Below, piece by piece: positions 35,268 to 36,527 of a stretch of DNA of 36,527 nt (the first letter of the stretch is position 1; each line of letters opens with the position of its first letter). The notes below the pieces were generated by a model. That model was not told the origin of the DNA and ran no database searches. It saw only the letters and a program-made list of their open reading frames with translations. Both the position numbers and the translations under genes were made by a program. The stretch spans positions 1 to 36,527 of the IMG/VR virus record IMGVR_UViG_3300025513_001263. One strand, written 5' to 3'. This DNA is from a virus (lineage: Duplodnaviria > Caudoviricetes).

Positions 35268-35498
35268 TCAGATCCCGCGCGGAACGCCGGGGTGCGCCAG
35301 ATCGGCCCACATCGCGTAGACCTCCAGTCCGAGTTCGAACAGCGGGTGCGCCGCGCGGCCGCGCGGGTGGCTGTCCAGCCGCTCGTCGATGGCGTCGACC
35401 ATCGTGCGGAGGATCTTGATCGCGGCCCTGCGGGCGCCGCCGGACAGGGCGCGCTGGCGCCGGGTCGAGGAGCGTGTCGTGCTGCGGGAAGTGTTCAT
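35268..35498 (-). CDS. Hypothetical protein
   Basis: AAGGAG RBS; ATGA overlap. Confidence 0.6.
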   Translation of the reverse strand: MNTSRSTTRSSTRRQRALSGGARRAAIKILRTMVDAIDERLDSHPRGRAAHPLFELGLEVYAMWADLAHPGVPRGI

Positions 35499-36220
35499 GC
35501 GGCTTCTCCTTTTTGACGTTCACCGCCGGCCCGATGCCCGGCAGGGTGCTGGTGTCCGGTCCGGACTGCGTCGAGCTTCTGCCAGAAGTCGGCAAGGCTC
35601 GTGCGGCCCGGCGGCCTGGTCGGCCCGAAGCGGTCACGCATGATGAGAACGGCCTCGTCGATGATCATTTTCCGATGATTGGCGACGACGAAGTCCCGGA
35701 CCTCCCGGTCCCGCCACCACCGAGGACGACGCCCCGTGCGCCAGATCGGAAGATGCGTAATGGCCTCAGCCAGCGAGGCGTGCTCGACGAAGCCGATTGC
35801 GCTCTCCAGCACCGCCAGCCGCCGCTCCATCAGCGCCCAGGGGTCGCCCTCCGCGGACACCGGCGGGGCGGCGGGGGCAGCGGGCGCCAACTCGCCATGC
35901 CGCCAGGCCAGGAACACCCCGACCACCTGCCGGCGCACCTCGGCGGCCTTCGGTGTGCGGGAGAACATGCAGACCAGCACCGCCTGCGGCTCGTTCAGCC
36001 AGTACTCGTTCACCGAGCGGCGCGCGCCGGAGCCAATGCGGACCATTCTCGACGCCGTCGAGAATGGTCCGTGCATTTCGAGTTCGGGTTGGTTCTTCCG
36101 GATCAGCCGACGAATGTCGTGCGGATTGGCCATCCCCAGGCGGTCGGCCAGATCCAGGTCGCGGACCCGCGGCTCGTTGGCCATCACGGTCAGGTCGGAG
36201 GCGGTCAGCGCGCGCATCAT
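35495..36220 (-). CDS. Phage antirepressor-like DNA-binding protein
   Basis: EPRVRDLDLADRLG....DIR.LI..N..EL...EYWLNE.QA.LVCMFSRT.KAAEVR..V..VF; ATG 36220 after GGAGG. Confidence 0.75.
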   Translation of the reverse strand: MMRALTASDLTVMANEPRVRDLDLADRLGMANPHDIRRLIRKNQPELEMHGPFSTASRMVRIGSGARRSVNEYWLNEPQAVLVCMFSRTPKAAEVRRQVVGVFLAWRHGELAPAAPAAPPVSAEGDPWALMERRLAVLESAIGFVEHASLAEAITHLPIWRTGRRPRWWRDREVRDFVVANHRKMIIDEAVLIMRDRFGPTRPPGRTSLADFWQKLDAVRTGHQHPAGHRAGGERQKGEAA

Positions 36221-36221
36221 G

Positions 36222-36527
36222 TCACGCGGCCTCCGCCGGGCGTTGCTGGCGAAACTTCGGCCGGTCGCTATAGTGTTCAGCGGGTTGAGGCGAAAGGCGT
36301 TCGCCCTTGCGCGGGTCGTAGCGGCTTGGCCACAGCTGGCGTGGGGACACGCCGAGCAGCTCCGCAATCGCCAGTTCGCCGTTGATGTGCGGGCAGCGGG
36401 CGGCCGCTCGTGCGATCCCCCTTTTCAGGCCGTACATGCGGTCGGCGTCGGCGAAGGTCAGGCCCTTGCGGTTCAACAGGTACCGGATCTCCTCCGGCGC
36501 CTTGTCCGCGACGCGGCGTTTGGCCAT
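36222..36527 (-). CDS. ner: Ner/SfsB-like HTH transcriptional regulator
   Basis: EEI...L..KGLT.......GL......A...P...GE.AIAE.LGV.P..LWPSRY; first gene of the early operon. Confidence 0.9.
   Translation of the reverse strand: MAKRRVADKAPEEIRYLLNRKGLTFADADRMYGLKRGIARAAARCPHINGELAIAELLGVSPRQLWPSRYDPRKGERLSPQPAEHYSDRPKFRQQRPAEAA

Larger units (their letters stand above)
1..36527 (-). mobile_element. Mu-like transposable prophage/phage with siphovirus-type tail (internal segment; repressor and ends not included)
   Basis: Co-oriented Ner, MuA, MuB, GemA, Mor-like, gp27/gp28/gp29/MuF/I/T/gp36/G-like genes in Mu order; no tail sheath or baseplate wedge genes. Confidence 0.97.

Noticed and set aside
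40-36385. Many long plus-strand ORFs (e.g. 16006..18510, 31170..33413, 8930..10405, 23013..24470)
   Set aside because: Antisense shadows of high-GC minus-strand genes; no recognisable motifs, and they fully overlap well-supported genes

Overview
The whole window is the internal part of a high-GC Mu-like (transposable) prophage or phage genome. Essentially all genes lie on the minus strand and are tightly coupled by ATGA/TGATG/GTGA overlaps. Reading from 36527 down to 1, the order is: Ner-like regulator, antirepressor-like protein, ParB-like protein, MuA DDE transposase, MuB AAA+ ATPase, small semi-essential genes (DUF3164, GemA, DnaA-C-like HTH), Mor/C-like activator, lysis module (M15 peptidase endolysin), terminases, portal, MuF, protease/scaffold, capsid decoration, major capsid, connectors, then a non-contractile (siphovirus-type) tail with a -1 frameshifted chaperone, a 2169-aa tape measure and mosaic fibre genes. 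The repressor and the Mu ends fall outside the window. The best candidate for an undescribed system is at 19048-20421. MuF carries a C-terminal PBECR2-like RNase domain and has no protein immunity gene behind it. Instead, a compact ~114-nt multi-stem RNA element with a possible loop-loop pseudoknot abuts its stop codon, preceded by a convergent sigma70-like promoter whose predicted start coincides with the first stem. This suggests a virion-associated toxin paired with an RNA antitoxin or decoy. Other notable signals are a shared late-promoter motif, an RBS-occluding hairpin on the endolysin leader, a natural (KAAAE/D)x17 helical repeat, an internal scaffold start, and a gene cassette flanked by direct repeats. 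Family assignments come from motif recognition by eye; no database searches or folding programs were run.
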